Shown piece after piece: positions 61,658 to 64,000 of a DNA stretch of 64,000 bases. The stretch is from Eledone cirrhosa. Its lineage: Eukaryota. Below the pieces are notes generated by a model. It saw only the letters and a list, made by a program, of their open reading frames with translations. It ran no database searches and was not told where the DNA came from. The stretch lies in contig OZ024757.1 in NCBI GenBank assembly GCA_964016885.1, forward strand, positions 19,282,001 through 19,346,000. Direction: 5' to 3'. How positions within the stretch are numbered: position 1 is the stretch's first letter; each line of letters starts with the position of its first letter. The position numbers were made by a program, and so were the translations under genes.

Positions 61658-63414
61658 GTATTTATATACATATGTATATATATATATATTAATATATATA
61701 TATATATATATTAATATATATATATTTATATACATATATATACATATATAAATATATATGTATATATATATATATATATATACGTATATAAATATATAAA
61801 TAAATGTAATAATAATAATAATGTTTGTGTCGTCAGCAAAAGTTTCTCTCTTGCTTGTCTTTTCTTCTCTCACTCTCTATTTTGCTAAGTGGCTTTTTTT
61901 TGTAGCTTTTTTTTCTTATATACACACTTGTTTTCTGTAAATATAATTTGCATGTCCTTCCTCTTGGGAACACTCGACGTCTGGAGAATTTGTTGTCAAA
62001 AGTTGTTTTAGTTGCTGTCTTTCCTTGATATTTTTTCTTATAAAATATATTATGCTTTTTTTTTTATCTTTTTTTTTTTTTTTTTTTTTTTTTTAGTTAA
62101 AAAAAAAATGGATATTAGAAAAACACTTTAACCATTTCCTGACCATATACACATTAATTTGGTTAATTAATGAAGAATTTTGAGAAATATTCTTAAAATT
62201 ATTAATTTATTACTAAGATAGTAACTTAACATTTAGTTCTTATATAAAATTGATGGAAAATTTTATTTTAAAGAGGAATTCTTTTGCCTTTTCTTGACCA
62301 TTTTTTCTAGAAACTTAAATTCTGATTCAATTAAATAACGAAGAATTTTAAGAGATTTCCTAAAACTGTTCTTTTATTAAAATAGTATCTTCTTTTATAA
62401 AGTTGCATTTGAAAATTTAATTTTAAATAGGAATCTTTTGAGAGGTATATGATTCTAATGAAATGATTCTAATGAAATAAGATCTATTTTAATTAATTAA
62501 TGAAGGATTTACTAAAATTGATAATTATTTTATGGTTAGGGTTAGGTATATGATTGTATTTCTAATTAAATAAGCTCTGTTTTGATTAATTAATGAAGAA
62601 TTTTGAAGGATTTACTAAAATTAATAACTACTTTATTATAAGATCATATTGGAAGATTCTAATTTAAATAGTTCTTTAAAATGGTTAGTTTTGTTTCATA
62701 AGACCAGAGCTGGTTTTGAGTTGGTATCAAAAGGGTTAAGTTCATCTTTTTTTATTTTTTTTTTGTTTGTTATATATCTGGTCACTCAGCAACATTTTAT
62801 TGTTAATAATAATGATTTTTTCGGGAAGGGGAAAGTCGATTAAATTGACCCCAGTGTATTACTGGTGCTTTATTTTATCAACCGTGTAAAGATGAAAGGC
62901 AAAGCTAACCTCGGCGGTATTTGAAATCAGATCGTAAGGTGCCGTAACTCTATGTCACAAAGTATATTCTCCGACGCTCTACCGATGCCAGCAATAATAA
63001 TAATAATGGTTTCTGATTTAGGCACAAGGCTAGCAATTTTAGGAGAAGGGAGAAAGTCGATTAAATCGATCCCAATATGTTACTGGTACTTTATTTTATC
63101 GACCCCGTAAGGATAAAAGGCAAAGCTAACCAACCTCAGCAAGATTTGAACCGTAAAGGGCCGTAACTCTATGCTGTAAAGCAATTTGTCTGATACTCTA
63201 CCAAATAATAATAATAATAATAATAATAATGTTTCTACTTTTGGCACAAAGCCAGCAATTACCCCTAGTGCATTACTGGTACTTTATTTTATCGACCCAG
63301 TAAGGATTAAAAGGCAAAGCTAGCTAACCTCAGCAGGATTTTAACTCAGATTGTAAAGGGCCGTAACTCATGCCATAAAGCAATTTGTCTGATACTCTAC
63401 TGATACTACCAATG

Positions 63415-63448
<34 letters not shown>

Positions 63449-63666
63449 TAACAACAATAATGAAACTCTTCTCGAAATATTTTTCTTTGTATATTTAGAG
63501 ATTTTTTTTTTAGCCTGAATATTACATATTGTGGCTGTATCGAACACTGACAAATGGCTGTGTATGTTATCGCTTTCGTGATGCTTGTAGATGTTGTTGT
63601 TGTTGTTGTTATGTAATAGTTTAGGTGTTATCATTATTGTCTTGTGCATTTCATTTAATATTATCG

Positions 63667-63710
<44 letters not shown>

Positions 63711-63748
63711 GTCGTTGTTATTATTTGCTCATTTCAATTCATGAAGAA

Positions 63749-63853
<105 letters not shown>

Positions 63854-64000
63854 CATCTATATATACATGTATATGTATGTATATATAAGTACATCTATAT
63901 ATAAATATATATATACATATATACACATATATATATATATATATATATATATGCAGAATATATCCTTCATCCATTCCTCTTCATTGCTGCTGTCATTGTT

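Overview
AT-rich, microsatellite-dense animal genomic DNA; the SINE, MITE and LINE repertoire resembles an octopus-like cephalopod (inference). The window holds the internal part of one + strand gene, a SynGAP/DAB2IP/RASAL2(nGAP)/raskol-family Ras GTPase-activating protein. I traced 15 exons by hand from 12651 to 58570 (3360 nt, about 1120 codons, all GT-AG and phase-consistent). They encode the PH end, C2 domain, RasGAP domain, a Ser-rich region and a coiled coil; I did not find the start or stop exons in the window. There is also a candidate 33-nt microexon. Introns are packed with tRNA-derived SINEs, piggyBac-type MITEs, 3' fragments of RTE, CR1, R4/Dong-like and Tx1-like LINEs, and TE-derived minisatellites. 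The main unexplained signal is about 20 type I hammerhead ribozyme motifs (17 with intact cores) from several sequence families. They sit in short elements embedded in (TA)n tracts, often as long inverted repeats and once as a 4-copy tandem array. They show covarying stems, self-complementary stem III, a recurrent C-C mismatch in stem II and a bias to the antisense strand. This looks like a Penelope-pLTR/retrozyme-type small ribozyme retroelement system. All calls were made by eye, with no database searches or folding software.
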